IMG/VR virus record: IMGVR_UViG_3300033073_001271
Span: 9,824 to 73,823 of that record
Length of the DNA: 64,000 nucleotides
Direction: 5' to 3' (one strand)
Source: a virus
Lineage: Duplodnaviria; Caudoviricetes
Shown here: positions 1-9,629 of the stretch, one piece after another
Layout: the number at the start of each line of letters is the position of its first letter
Position numbering within the stretch: position 1 is the first letter of the stretch
Notes under the pieces: generated by a model
Databases searched by the model: none
What the model saw: only the letters and a program-made list of their open reading frames with translations
What the model was told of the DNA's origin: nothing
Position numbers and translations under genes: made by a program

Positions 1-396
1 CAAGCTCCTTTTACTACTGTGTATTTACCTAGTGAGATGGTAGCGCATTATGGAGACGGGGTAATGTTTGCAAGTGGATTAATTGAAGTTGCTCTTAACT
101 TATGGGAAGACAACCTTTGGGCTGCTTGCGATAGTTTACTTGGTTTTGGTGGACCGATTAAAGGCAAAGCAAAAGATGCTTGGGTTGAAAGATGTAAAAA
201 GTTTGCTGATAAATATTTTGAAGGCGATTTAAAGAAGTTTACATATTGCATGAAAGATATTTATAACTTTAAACTGTGGACAGAACTCAAGCGAGAATAT
301 CAAGATGTTGATTATACTGAAGTAATAGAAGAGTATGATGATACACAACTAGAACAAGCTATGGCTTGTACTGGTGGAGCATGTGAGATTGTATGA
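1..396 (+). CDS. nrdA: Ribonucleotide reductase alpha subunit, C-terminal part (truncated by window start)
   Basis: Frame is open from base 1 (QAPFTTVYLPSE...). It ends in ACTGGACEIV, the C-terminal redox cysteine pair typical of RNR large subunits. Confidence 0.75.
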   Translation, partial: QAPFTTVYLPSEMVAHYGDGVMFASGLIEVALNLWEDNLWAACDSLLGFGGPIKGKAKDAWVERCKKFADKYFEGDLKKFTYCMKDIYNFKLWTELKREYQDVDYTEVIEEYDDTQLEQAMACTGGACEIV

Positions 397-1412
397 GCTT
401 ACCAACAATAATTAACTATAGCTTGCACTCCTTAAAGGTACAGGACGCTCCTGTATCTGGAGTGCAAAGTTTAACATTTGATAAAACTGTAAATGTTACC
501 TCAATTCCAACTTGGGGTAATCCATTTGTTAGCACAAATTTGCACAAAAAGCCGAACGTAAGCGTAAATCTTGTAAAATTTATAGCTGATACAGTCCAAC
601 CAATTGTATTAGATACAGGTGTGTATCAAAAAACATATATAAGAAATGCCGGAAAGCAGAGTGGCATACTACCATATATGGGGATACATACAAGTCCAGT
701 AGATATTGACATTATTATTTCTGCTGAGCCTGATACCCTAAATAAATCACCTGTAAATAATCCAGTTGGAATTAGATGTAAGGACATGCTACTAAATTCT
801 CTTAGTTATAAATTTAGTACAGATGGTTATTTCACAGAAGAGTGTTCATTTGGAGGTCATTCATTAGAATCTGGTGTAGTCAACTTTGATAAAAAGTCAG
901 AAAGTGCGACATATATACCTCACTCAGGAACAACAAAAAGGAGACCAGACTTTTTTATAAGTGGTGTACCAAAAGAAGTTGCTACATTACTTGCGAGTGG
1001 TGCGATACTTACATCAGCAGAGGTTTCAATTAGTTTTGATTATGGGGAATACCCATCATATGGTGGGTTTTATACAGTTGCAAATAAATATGTAAGATAT
1101 CCATTTGATATATCGTGTACATTTGAAGTGCTAGATAGAACATATTTAAAATATGATAATACAATGGTTGGATTGGTTCCAAATAGCGGATATTTATTTA
1201 GGAATGACTATAAAATAAATCTCAATACAGTCGATAGCGAACTTAAAAATTATGAGATTTGCCTTGGTATCACGGGCGTTTTAAGCATAGACCTAGGCGA
1301 TAATAATTATTTAGCAAGCTCTGATAGAAGTGGAGGTGAAGCAGGTCAAAGTAGTTATACGATCTATAGATTCACTTACAAAAATAGCAATAATGTATTC
1401 ACCATATCATGA
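393..1412 (+). CDS. Tail-tube-like protein, paralogue of 54800..55870
   Basis: Colinear motif matches to the tail tube: SGVQSL/KGVQSV, SYKFSTDGYFTEECSFGG/AYTFPVEGNSTESVTFVG, RYPFDISCTFEV/TFPIATTCEIEV, LSIDLGDNNYL..RSGG/LKIDLGNRNKL..YTGG. Confidence 0.7.
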   Translation: MSLPTIINYSLHSLKVQDAPVSGVQSLTFDKTVNVTSIPTWGNPFVSTNLHKKPNVSVNLVKFIADTVQPIVLDTGVYQKTYIRNAGKQSGILPYMGIHTSPVDIDIIISAEPDTLNKSPVNNPVGIRCKDMLLNSLSYKFSTDGYFTEECSFGGHSLESGVVNFDKKSESATYIPHSGTTKRRPDFFISGVPKEVATLLASGAILTSAEVSISFDYGEYPSYGGFYTVANKYVRYPFDISCTFEVLDRTYLKYDNTMVGLVPNSGYLFRNDYKINLNTVDSELKNYEICLGITGVLSIDLGDNNYLASSDRSGGEAGQSSYTIYRFTYKNSNNVFTIS

Positions 1413-2113
1413 GAAAAAAAATAATGTCAAAATACAGAGAACGCAAAGAAGCTCAAAAGGCAAGAACAACCGCTGTTAGCAATCCACATAGAAAAATTCT
1501 ACAACCCAAAAGTATAAATCAAGAAAATTATATTATTTCTATGGTGGAAAACGATGTCACAGTATGTACAGGTCCAGCAGGATCTGGTAAATCATCAGTA
1601 GCGGTAGGATTAGCTTGTGGCTGGCTATTGGAAAATAAAATCGAAAAGATTATTATTACTCGTCCAACAGTTGAAAATGGCAGAGGTTTAGGATATTTAC
1701 CCGGAGATAAAGATGAAAAAATACATCCTTATCTTGTGCCAGTTCTCGAAGAAATGGAGCAGTATCTAGGCAAAATGCTGTTAAAAAAATTTAGGGAAAC
1801 TGGCATCATAGAAATGTGTCCCCTAGAATATATGAGAGGTAGAAACTTTCACCATTCCTTTATGATTTTAGATGAAGCCCAAAATGCAACATATGAACAA
1901 ATAAAAATGTTCTTGACAAGAATCGGTATGCATTCTCGCGCAGTAATCAATGGTGACGCAGACCAATCAGACCTTCCTCAGTTTTTAAGAGGTGGCTTAG
2001 AAGATGTTAGTAAAAGATTATTTGGATTACAAGGTGTTGGTATTTGCCAATTAGATGCAACAGATATCGTGCGTAATCCTATTATTGGTAGAATATTAGA
2101 AAGGTTAAAATGA
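1409..2113 (+). CDS. phoH: PhoH-like ATPase
   Basis: Walker A GPAGSGKS, RPTVE..GLGYLPG, PLEYMRGR, ILDEAQN, GDADQSD and DIVRNP motifs. Confidence 0.95.
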   Translation: MRKKIMSKYRERKEAQKARTTAVSNPHRKILQPKSINQENYIISMVENDVTVCTGPAGSGKSSVAVGLACGWLLENKIEKIIITRPTVENGRGLGYLPGDKDEKIHPYLVPVLEEMEQYLGKMLLKKFRETGIIEMCPLEYMRGRNFHHSFMILDEAQNATYEQIKMFLTRIGMHSRAVINGDADQSDLPQFLRGGLEDVSKRLFGLQGVGICQLDATDIVRNPIIGRILERLK

Positions 2114-2376
2114 AAAAATTTTTAGCTCCCATAATTGTAGCAGCGGTATTGTGTGGCAATTTAGCTTTATGTGAAGCTCAAAGAACTGAAATTATTGCCG
2201 AAAGCGTGGAAATCAATGAAGAATATGTTTATTTTTATGAAATGACAATATCAAATCCAGAACTGTCACCACAAAGAAAAAACGCATATCAAACAAGCTA
2301 TCGTACTTTTATTACAAGTATGAATAGAGAAAATTATAGGAACAACCCAGAGCTATATTCTAATTTAGAGGATTAA
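2110..2376 (+). CDS. Small hypothetical protein with N-terminal signal-peptide-like segment
   Basis: MKK followed by the hydrophobic stretch FLAPIIVAAVLCGNLALC. ATGA overlap with phoH. Confidence 0.6.
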   Translation: MKKFLAPIIVAAVLCGNLALCEAQRTEIIAESVEINEEYVYFYEMTISNPELSPQRKNAYQTSYRTFITSMNRENYRNNPELYSNLED

Positions 2377-2377
2377 T

Positions 2378-2719
2378 ATGCCAGTTTATCATTACAAATG
2401 TACCCATTGTGCAAATGAGTACGAAACTTTTCACAGTATCAGAGAGGACATCCGAACCACTTGCGAAATTTGCAAAAACCAAACTTTGCAGGTGGTTTTG
2501 GACGGTGCGCCCGTTATAATAAATAAGGAAATCAAGACCATCGGCCAATTGGCAGAAGCGAACGCCAAGAAAATGGGTAGGTATGGACTTGAGGAAAAAA
2601 TGGCCCAAGATGGTTTGAATAGAAAAATAGAAAATCAGGAAAAGATGAAAGAGGCTAGAAAAATTGCCGCACTAACTCCTGAGCAAAAAACTAAATATAT
2701 TGAGACTGGAAAATTATAA
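2378..2719 (+). CDS. FmdB-family zinc-ribbon protein
   Basis: MPVYHYKCTHC...CEIC pattern typical of the FmdB Zn ribbon. Confidence 0.8.
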   Translation: MPVYHYKCTHCANEYETFHSIREDIRTTCEICKNQTLQVVLDGAPVIINKEIKTIGQLAEANAKKMGRYGLEEKMAQDGLNRKIENQEKMKEARKIAALTPEQKTKYIETGKL

Positions 2720-2952
2720 TGAATCGACCAAAAAGAAATATTGGCCCACACGTTGGAATTATAAAACTGAATATATTTGTTCACAGAATGCTACCAGATG
2801 GCAGTATCGATCCAGAAGTACTAGATTGCTCAGATGATTTTAAAGATAATAAAATGACTAACCAAGGAGAGATCTATGTACGTGGATTTGATAGATGGGA
2901 CTGTGTTAAAAAGATCAAAGAGAAATTAGAAGGACTAAATAATGGTATCTAA
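2719..2952 (+). CDS. Hypothetical protein
   Basis: ORF translationally coupled (TAATG) within the + strand operon. Confidence 0.6.
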   Translation: MNRPKRNIGPHVGIIKLNIFVHRMLPDGSIDPEVLDCSDDFKDNKMTNQGEIYVRGFDRWDCVKKIKEKLEGLNNGI

Positions 2953-3304
2953 GTCTGCAACACACGAAGAATTACAAAGTATTGGTATTGAACCGCCGAA
3001 ACAAACTTTGGTATGGTATCAAGATAAAGCTGGAAAATCTTGTGATGAAAATAAAGCGGTTGCTAAAACTGTAGAAATTCCAACAGAAGATGGAAAAGGC
3101 GTGATTATGACGTACCATGTAAAACATGGAAGAGGACAGTTATTTGATCCATATGGAATTGATATGAATAAAACAAACGCATACGATTTCCAATTTAAAA
3201 AAGTAGATAAAGATATTTTTGATAATTACGTAAAATATTTAACTACTCGCAGAGAATATTTTTTGACAACTGCTCGCAGGGCTTATATTAATAAAGGAAA
3301 TTAA
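2942..3304 (+). CDS. Hypothetical protein
   Basis: 120-aa ORF in tightly packed operon. Confidence 0.65.
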   Translation: MVSKSATHEELQSIGIEPPKQTLVWYQDKAGKSCDENKAVAKTVEIPTEDGKGVIMTYHVKHGRGQLFDPYGIDMNKTNAYDFQFKKVDKDIFDNYVKYLTTRREYFLTTARRAYINKGN

Positions 3305-3305
3305 A

Positions 3306-3554
3306 ATGGCTAAGAAAAAAGTATTGCCATCGGATGTGCCAAAGCAAGAACCATCTGATCACGATAGTAATGAACAAAATGAAAATACCCACACTTTACC
3401 TAATACATATCAAATGTTTGCTAGAAAAAAGGAACGTGGATTTACGGCAATGACAAAAGAAGCGTCAATGAGATCAGATGAAACTGCAATTGATAGAAAA
3501 GGTCATATGCCAGATAGAATTAAATCTTGTATTCATAAAATTAGGGAAGATTAA
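3306..3554 (+). CDS. Hypothetical protein
   Basis: AAAGGA RBS upstream, coupled to the next gene. Confidence 0.6.
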   Translation: MAKKKVLPSDVPKQEPSDHDSNEQNENTHTLPNTYQMFARKKERGFTAMTKEASMRSDETAIDRKGHMPDRIKSCIHKIRED

Positions 3555-4045
3555 TGATTTGCACTGGATATAATCAACACGTATTATCTTTACTAGATAA
3601 CCAAGAAATTTTATGGAAATGTATATTAGATGATGGAACTCAAGTCTTATCAGATTTTGATGTACCAGATGAAAAAGATCCTTGGACTAGATTAAGAATT
3701 TATTGTTATAACAATAACAAAAACATAGTAGAAGTAAAAGCTCTATGTCCGGGTATGCCAGAGACATCCATTTATAAAGATGAAGAAGGTTTAGACAATT
3801 TCTTTATCACAAGAGGAGTTACTAAAGACCTTAATGAGGACAACGGTGTTGTGTTCAGATTTATGTGCTTTGGAAAATTAAATGAAGAAGGCTCAATTAG
3901 TGTTACAAAATTTTATTGGCCTGAATTTGAGTTAAAACAATCTTCAGAAGTTAGATTAATGACTCCAGAAAACAACGCATTGATGTATAAAAAGCGCAAA
4001 ACGTGCGGAGATAGCTGTAAATGTCAAAGCAAAGAACAGATCTAA
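3554..4045 (+). CDS. Hypothetical protein
   Basis: 163-aa ORF with TAATG coupling. Confidence 0.65.
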   Translation: MICTGYNQHVLSLLDNQEILWKCILDDGTQVLSDFDVPDEKDPWTRLRIYCYNNNKNIVEVKALCPGMPETSIYKDEEGLDNFFITRGVTKDLNEDNGVVFRFMCFGKLNEEGSISVTKFYWPEFELKQSSEVRLMTPENNALMYKKRKTCGDSCKCQSKEQI

Positions 4046-4464
4046 GCAAGTATAAATCCCCATCCACTGGGGATTTTTGCACTCCTGCGCAATATGTAGC
4101 AGAATTAATATGTCAAAAACAAGCAAAGCATGAAAAACTAGGCACTCTTCCTTATAAATTTTGGAATACACCAAAGTGGAAAAAGATATATATTAGACAG
4201 GTTTCTTTAGCAAATAAACTTATTAAAGAATATGGCGAAGAACCTGTTATTAAATTTGTATCATCAAAAGCAGGATCAAAAACTATTTCGCTGGGCGCTA
4301 GGAATGTAAAATCAGAGATAGAAAAAATTAAAATATCCCTTGACAATGCTCCAAAGCGTGATACAATACAAACGGTAGAAACTTCGCAAGCAGTATTCAC
4401 ATCGAGAAAAACATTTGGCGTAAAGACATTAATACAAAGACTGAAAGAAGTAGAGAATGACTGA
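4021..4464 (+). CDS. Hypothetical protein
   Basis: 147-aa basic ORF directly upstream of recA. GGAG upstream of the ATG. Confidence 0.65.
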   Translation: MSKQRTDLSKYKSPSTGDFCTPAQYVAELICQKQAKHEKLGTLPYKFWNTPKWKKIYIRQVSLANKLIKEYGEEPVIKFVSSKAGSKTISLGARNVKSEIEKIKISLDNAPKRDTIQTVETSQAVFTSRKTFGVKTLIQRLKEVEND

Positions 4465-5452
4465 TAAAGAATTTATTAAAAAGTATGGCGAATATGTAAC
4501 AACTGGAGATAAAATCCTTGAAACGAAGAGGAATTACAAGACAATATCAATTAGCCCTGCTATTGATTTGGCTCTTGGTGGTGGTATCAAAGAAGGTTCT
4601 TGGATGATTCTTTCTGGTCCTCCAAAAGCTGGAAAAACTACAACAACAATGCAAATTATTGCAAACTGCCAAGCTCTTGGTCGTAAAATTATTTATTTAG
4701 ATGTTGAAGGTCGTCTAAAAGAAATGAATTTTGAAGTACCGGGAATTGATCCATCTCTAGTGCAAGTCATTAAATCCGGTGATGAGCCATTGGCAGCAGA
4801 GACATTTCTAGATATTGCAAGAAAGCTAATCTCAGATAAAGAAAATGAAGGATGTGTACTTGTTATTGATTCAATTTCATCACTTATTCCATCTCGTGAT
4901 TTAGATGAAGATATCAGTGGCATGACTAGACCGGGCCTGCCAAAAATCCTATCTGATTTCGTTAAAAAAACCGGACAAACGGTTCCTAATCAAAAGTGCT
5001 TGGTGATTATGATTACTCATATGATTACAAACACAAGTGGCTATGGTAAGTCAAAAATGGCCGATGGTGGCGTTAAAATTCAATTTCAAGCCGATACACG
5101 CATGGAAGTCAAGAGCGTATCTCCTTGGGAATCTGCTGGATCTACAAAAGAGCAGAAAAATGTAATTGGATTGAAAGTAACGTGGGATATTTTATGTTCG
5201 TCAATTGGCGCACCATATAAAACATGTGAAAGCTGGATTAGATTTGGTCATGGCATTGATAAAGTACAAGAGATTTTAATGATTGCTATTGATCTCGGAT
5301 TAATATCTGTTGCTGGATCTTGGTATAATCTTGACTTTATTGAAAGTGAAAAAATCAAATTACAAGGTCAGGAAAAGGTATATAACTATCTAACGGAAAA
5401 TCCAGAATTTTACACTTTACTAGAATCTAAAGTCAAGGAAATGCTATATTGA
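4457..5452 (+). CDS. recA: RecA/UvsX-like recombinase
   Basis: SPAIDLALGGG, Walker A GPPKAGKTT, YLDVEG, Walker B LVIDSISSL and GGVKIQFQA motifs. Confidence 0.93.
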   Translation: MTDKEFIKKYGEYVTTGDKILETKRNYKTISISPAIDLALGGGIKEGSWMILSGPPKAGKTTTTMQIIANCQALGRKIIYLDVEGRLKEMNFEVPGIDPSLVQVIKSGDEPLAAETFLDIARKLISDKENEGCVLVIDSISSLIPSRDLDEDISGMTRPGLPKILSDFVKKTGQTVPNQKCLVIMITHMITNTSGYGKSKMADGGVKIQFQADTRMEVKSVSPWESAGSTKEQKNVIGLKVTWDILCSSIGAPYKTCESWIRFGHGIDKVQEILMIAIDLGLISVAGSWYNLDFIESEKIKLQGQEKVYNYLTENPEFYTLLESKVKEMLY

Positions 5453-5862
5453 AAATACTTGGATTAGATGGGAAAGAATATTCTTGGGTTCCAAGCAACA
5501 ATATTGTAGAAACTGAAAAAAGGTCGGGTCTACACAATAAAGCCCGACAACTTCTTAAAGAAAAATATCCCAACGATAGGATATTAGAAGAGCTGGTGCT
5601 ACCCGGAACAAAAACAGAAACAAGAAAATCCACCCTAAAGGCGGATTTTTTTATTCCAGTCAGATCCTTAATCATAGAAGTTCATGGGCAACAACATACT
5701 GAGTATAATAATTTCTTTTTTGCAAATAAAATGGAATTCTACAAAGCTCAGGCAAGGGACAGAGATAAAAAACGATGGTGCGAAATCAATCAATTTGAAA
5801 TTATAGAACTCTTTCATAATGAAAGTATCGAAGAGTGGAGAGATAAAATATGGAAGAGATAG
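5449..5862 (+). CDS. PD-(D/E)XK (Vsr/DUF559-like) endonuclease
   Basis: ADFFIP..LIIEVHGQQH...D..K..WC motif set. TTG start with AAGGA RBS. Confidence 0.7.
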   Translation: MKILGLDGKEYSWVPSNNIVETEKRSGLHNKARQLLKEKYPNDRILEELVLPGTKTETRKSTLKADFFIPVRSLIIEVHGQQHTEYNNFFFANKMEFYKAQARDRDKKRWCEINQFEIIELFHNESIEEWRDKIWKR

Positions 5863-6335
5863 ATGAAAGAATAAATAAATTTCACAAAGGTATTGACGAT
5901 TGGATTGAGAGCAAGAATATAGACTATGGCATCGACTCTTTTGGTGACAAAGTATATGAGGTGAGTAAAATTTTACATTTAAGCAGAGACGAGCTAAAAG
6001 CTATGTCCGCTGTAGACTGTCAAACTGCAATATTTTTACTTAACCAATATTGGTCTTACTTAAACACGTTGCTAGCAAGAGAAAAAGCTGTTAAAACATG
6101 GGCTGATCAGGGCATATGGTATATCATTACAGGTATGCAACATGATAAATATTCTAAGTGGGAAGAAAAATATCACATGTCAATTCGAGCAAGCCCAATA
6201 GGTATAAAATTACAAATTTTGAAAACAACGGCAGAAGCTAGAATTTTAGCAACAGAAGCTACTGCTGGAAGGCTAGAAACTGCTATCAAAGTACTAGAAA
6301 ACTTATCAAGGAGTAAAACTTATGACAAGTCTTAA
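5850..6335 (+). CDS. Hypothetical alpha-helical protein
   Basis: 161-aa ORF with coiled-coil-like C-terminus, in operon. Confidence 0.6.
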   Translation: MEEIDERINKFHKGIDDWIESKNIDYGIDSFGDKVYEVSKILHLSRDELKAMSAVDCQTAIFLLNQYWSYLNTLLAREKAVKTWADQGIWYIITGMQHDKYSKWEEKYHMSIRASPIGIKLQILKTTAEARILATEATAGRLETAIKVLENLSRSKTYDKS

Positions 6336-6771
6336 AGAGCAGGCAAAAAAAATAATTGCAAAAGGAAAACTTCTAAACGATTCAGAGTTGATCAGGATGG
6401 GCTTGGATATGCTTGATGGCATCGACGAACCCGATATTGTTAAGGAAGAAACTCCTGTAAAAGTATCAAGCTCTTCAAATTTTATGGATCAATTTAGAAC
6501 AGAAAATAAAGCACCGATTGATACTAAATATGGAAAAAAGGTAGCTGTAAATGTTTCTGGTCGAATTAATGCTTTTGAGGATAATAAAACAGAAGCTGTA
6601 GAATTAATTGGAAAAACGCCAGACTTTACTCCTGCTCCAAGGAATAGAAAATCTAAGGTTGTTAAAGCTATTTGTACAGTATGTAATAAATCAGAAGAAG
6701 TTAATGAAATATTTGTACAGGGTAGAGAATTTTATCGTTGTGAGTCGTGTCTACTAAAGGGGAAATTTTAA
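6322..6771 (+). CDS. Hypothetical protein with C-terminal zinc finger
   Basis: CTVC...CESC at the C-terminus. Confidence 0.65.
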   Translation: MTSLKEQAKKIIAKGKLLNDSELIRMGLDMLDGIDEPDIVKEETPVKVSSSSNFMDQFRTENKAPIDTKYGKKVAVNVSGRINAFEDNKTEAVELIGKTPDFTPAPRNRKSKVVKAICTVCNKSEEVNEIFVQGREFYRCESCLLKGKF

Positions 6772-7247
6772 TGTCAGGATTTGGAGGATTTTCGATGGCA
6801 AATTATGATACATATGTTAGCTATGAACTACCAGTTAAATTGCTTACAGAAACTGCAAAGCTACCAGATAAAGCTAATCTATTTGACGCTGGATTAGATT
6901 TATACTGCGACGAAGAGTTAGTATCTTTAGCTCCCGGAGAACGAAAATTAATTTCTACAGGTATCGCTATGGCAATTCCAAAAAGATATGTTGGCTTGAT
7001 TTGGCCAAGATCAGGTCACGCAGTAAAGGGTGGGATTGATACTTTGGCAGGCGTAATCGATTCTTCTTATCGTGGAGAAGTAAAAGTTCTTTTAGTAAAT
7101 CACGATGGAAAGGTCCAATTATTCAGAAAGGGCGATAAAATTGCTCAAATTCTGATTCAGGCGATTGACGACTTTACCCCCGTAGCCTATAATGATTTGG
7201 GAGATACGTCTAGAGGCGACAAGGGATTTGGGAGTTCAGGAACTTGA
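6771..7247 (+). CDS. dut: Trimeric dUTPase
   Basis: DAGLDL, PRSG, GVIDSSYRGE, GDKIAQ and RGDKGFGSSG motifs. Start placed at ATG 6771 (TAATG coupling). Confidence 0.96.
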   Translation: MSGFGGFSMANYDTYVSYELPVKLLTETAKLPDKANLFDAGLDLYCDEELVSLAPGERKLISTGIAMAIPKRYVGLIWPRSGHAVKGGIDTLAGVIDSSYRGEVKVLLVNHDGKVQLFRKGDKIAQILIQAIDDFTPVAYNDLGDTSRGDKGFGSSGT

Positions 7248-7337
7248 TATATCTAAAAGTTGGGTTTATACTATTTATAGCATTCTATTGTATATCTGTA
7301 TATAGAATCATTAACGGAGCTATTATTGGAGATATTA

Positions 7338-7562
7338 ATGATAGAGATTGTATTTAGTTTAACCTTCATTTGGCTCATAGGTTTATTCTTATTTTTAGTT
7401 GTATATGATATCTATGCAGTTACAAAAGGTAAACCAACAGTTAGTTGGGCTGTTTTTGATATCAGTCGTAAATGGCCGATAGTGCCATTTTTATTTGGAT
7501 TCTTAGTCGGTGGATTGGCAGGTCATTTTTTCTTTCCAATCCCCATACCAGCAGGACAATAA
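7338..7562 (+). CDS. Small membrane protein (two hydrophobic segments)
   Basis: GGAG RBS at 7328. Hydrophobic stretches IVFSLTFIWLIGLFLFLVV and WPIVPFLFGFLVGGLAGHFFF. Confidence 0.65.
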   Translation: MIEIVFSLTFIWLIGLFLFLVVYDIYAVTKGKPTVSWAVFDISRKWPIVPFLFGFLVGGLAGHFFFPIPIPAGQ

Positions 7563-7563
7563 T

Positions 7564-7785
7564 ATGAATACATTAGTTACACTCGCTGCAATGTCAATTG
7601 GTCAAATTTTTACCATCAATCCACAAATTCCAGTTGTAGTTCAGCAACCACAACAAATTGTGGTTCCTTATGTAGTGCAGCAACCACAATACGTTGTTAT
7701 TCCACGACCAGTTTATGTACCTGTACAGGTTCCGGTTTATCAACCTGTATATTACACATACCCAATTTATAGAATTTACCCTTGA
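7564..7785 (+). CDS. Low-complexity Pro/Val/Tyr/Gln-rich protein, possibly exported
   Basis: MNTLVTLAAMSIGQ then PVVVQQPQQIVVPYVV..PVYVPVQVPVYQPVYY. AGGA RBS upstream. Confidence 0.6.
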   Translation: MNTLVTLAAMSIGQIFTINPQIPVVVQQPQQIVVPYVVQQPQYVVIPRPVYVPVQVPVYQPVYYTYPIYRIYP

Positions 7786-7795
7786 GGGCAATCAA

Positions 7796-8173
7796 ATGAG
7801 CGAAAGAAACCAATTAAATGCCTATAATCATTTTGAAGCAATTAAGAATGCAGTTGCTCAACTTGAAACAATCCACGTTTATGAAGTAAACTCCCGCCAA
7901 TTTGGCGATGCAGATACACCTTCACTAAAGGCTGAAATCGCAGATCTTGACAAGAAAATCCTTGAATATGAGCTTCAGCTAGCAGATTTACATAAATATA
8001 CTGAAGAACTGGAAAAAACCAATAAAGTTCTACTATCTGCTAACAATACACTTATTGAAACAAACAGGGCGCTAAGCCAAAATCACGAGGCCATTCAAGA
8101 TACAGCAGAAACACTCTCTGACGCATACAACAAACTACCGCGAATTGTAAAAAAACTATATGGAGTAAAGTGA
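7796..8173 (+). CDS. Coiled-coil hypothetical protein
   Basis: GAGG RBS before ATG 7796. Heptad-like LKAEIADLDKKILEYELQLADL. Confidence 0.65.
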   Translation: MSERNQLNAYNHFEAIKNAVAQLETIHVYEVNSRQFGDADTPSLKAEIADLDKKILEYELQLADLHKYTEELEKTNKVLLSANNTLIETNRALSQNHEAIQDTAETLSDAYNKLPRIVKKLYGVK

Positions 8174-8174
8174 T

Positions 8175-9629
8175 ATGAGCCAAGCTGTACTAGAAAATTT
8201 ACCAGTTGAACGAGCAGTCTTGGCTGGCATTTGCCAGTACGGCTTGGAAGTTTATGTGGAATTGGACTTCTTGCAACCAGAGTATTTTAGCCATGAAATT
8301 AATCAGGTAATTTTTACATGTTTGCAAGATATTATTAATTCAAATCAAAATATTGAATTATCAAGCCTGTTCTCAACAGCAAATAAATTGGGTGTATATG
8401 AATTAATTAACAAGACGACCGAATTGAGTTTTATTCGGTCGTTATTTAATTTTCCAATAAACAAAGAAAATATACCAAAATTTGCGGCCAAACTGACTAA
8501 GCTAAAACTAGCCAGAGATATCAAGAGAACTTTATCTATCTGTGATAAGTCTATCGGCAAAATCACAGGAGATGAAAATGTTGAAGATATTATAGGCATG
8601 ATTGAAAATCCAATCATGGAAATAACTTCTTTAGCGTATAAGGAACAAAACAATAAAACTGTTCTACTTGGAGAAAATATCAATGAGTATGTTGACTATC
8701 TAATTAATAATCCAACTGAGTATCTTGGAATACCAACTGGATTTCCTAAATTAGATGAAGCTATTGGAGGTGGACTGAGAAGAAAATCAGTAACATTAAT
8801 TGGCGCTAGAACTGGCGTTGGTAAAAGCGTTATTTCAACAAATGTCGCCGATTATGTTTCTGGTAAATATAACATACCTTGTCTTTATCTAGATACAGAA
8901 ATGGATTTAGGGGACCAAAGAAATCGTATGCTTGCTAAGATAAGCGGCATTAAAATTAACGATATTGCGAAAGGTGCTTTTTCTAAATCTTTTAAGGATA
9001 CTGAAAAGGTAACTCAAGCTGCAAACTACTTAAGTAAAATCCCTTATCACTACATATCAATTGCTGGACAACCATTTGACAATATTCTAAATATCATTAA
9101 AAGGTGGATACATCAATATGTTGGATTTGATGAAAATGGTAGAACAAATGATTGTTTAGTAATCTATGACTATTTTAAACTTATGAGTTCTGCTGGACTT
9201 GGTGCTGCTATGCAAGAATATCAAGCATTAGGATTTCAAATCACTAAGATGAACGATTTCTGTATTAAGTATGATATCCCATGCTTATCTTTTGTTCAGC
9301 TTAATAGAGAAGAAGAAATTGCACAATCGGATAGATTACAATGGCTTGCTTCTACTGTGTTAAAATTTCAAGTTAAAAGTGACGAAGAAATGGCTGATGA
9401 TGGATATGAAAATGGAAATAGAAAATTTGTTATTGTTAAGGCTAGACATGGAACAGGTTTAGATTATGGAAATTATATCAATGTCAAAATGAATGGTCCA
9501 ACAGCTAAATTGACTGAATGGTTTACAAGAGATGAGATTAAAAATGGAGCGGCAGCAAATGTCTCTGAAAACAACGACAACTTCGAAATACGAGAAAGTG
9601 AGTCGGGAGAAGATTTATTCAATCTGTAG
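8175..9629 (+). CDS. dnaB: Replicative DNA helicase (DnaB family)
   Basis: N-terminal ERAVLAG, TGFPKLDEAIGGG, Walker A GARTGVGKS, LDTEM, IYDYFKL, QLNR and KARHG motifs. Confidence 0.95.
   Translation: MSQAVLENLPVERAVLAGICQYGLEVYVELDFLQPEYFSHEINQVIFTCLQDIINSNQNIELSSLFSTANKLGVYELINKTTELSFIRSLFNFPINKENIPKFAAKLTKLKLARDIKRTLSICDKSIGKITGDENVEDIIGMIENPIMEITSLAYKEQNNKTVLLGENINEYVDYLINNPTEYLGIPTGFPKLDEAIGGGLRRKSVTLIGARTGVGKSVISTNVADYVSGKYNIPCLYLDTEMDLGDQRNRMLAKISGIKINDIAKGAFSKSFKDTEKVTQAANYLSKIPYHYISIAGQPFDNILNIIKRWIHQYVGFDENGRTNDCLVIYDYFKLMSSAGLGAAMQEYQALGFQITKMNDFCIKYDIPCLSFVQLNREEEIAQSDRLQWLASTVLKFQVKSDEEMADDGYENGNRKFVIVKARHGTGLDYGNYINVKMNGPTAKLTEWFTRDEIKNGAAANVSENNDNFEIRESESGEDLFNL

Noticed and set aside
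5850-6335. UvsY-like mediator
   Set aside because: Size and position near recA fit, but no recognisable UvsY motif. Left as hypothetical.
7282-7308. Hairpin ATTCTAT...ATAGAAT as a terminator
   Set aside because: Weak all-AT-type stem with no U tract, and it does not match the late motif.
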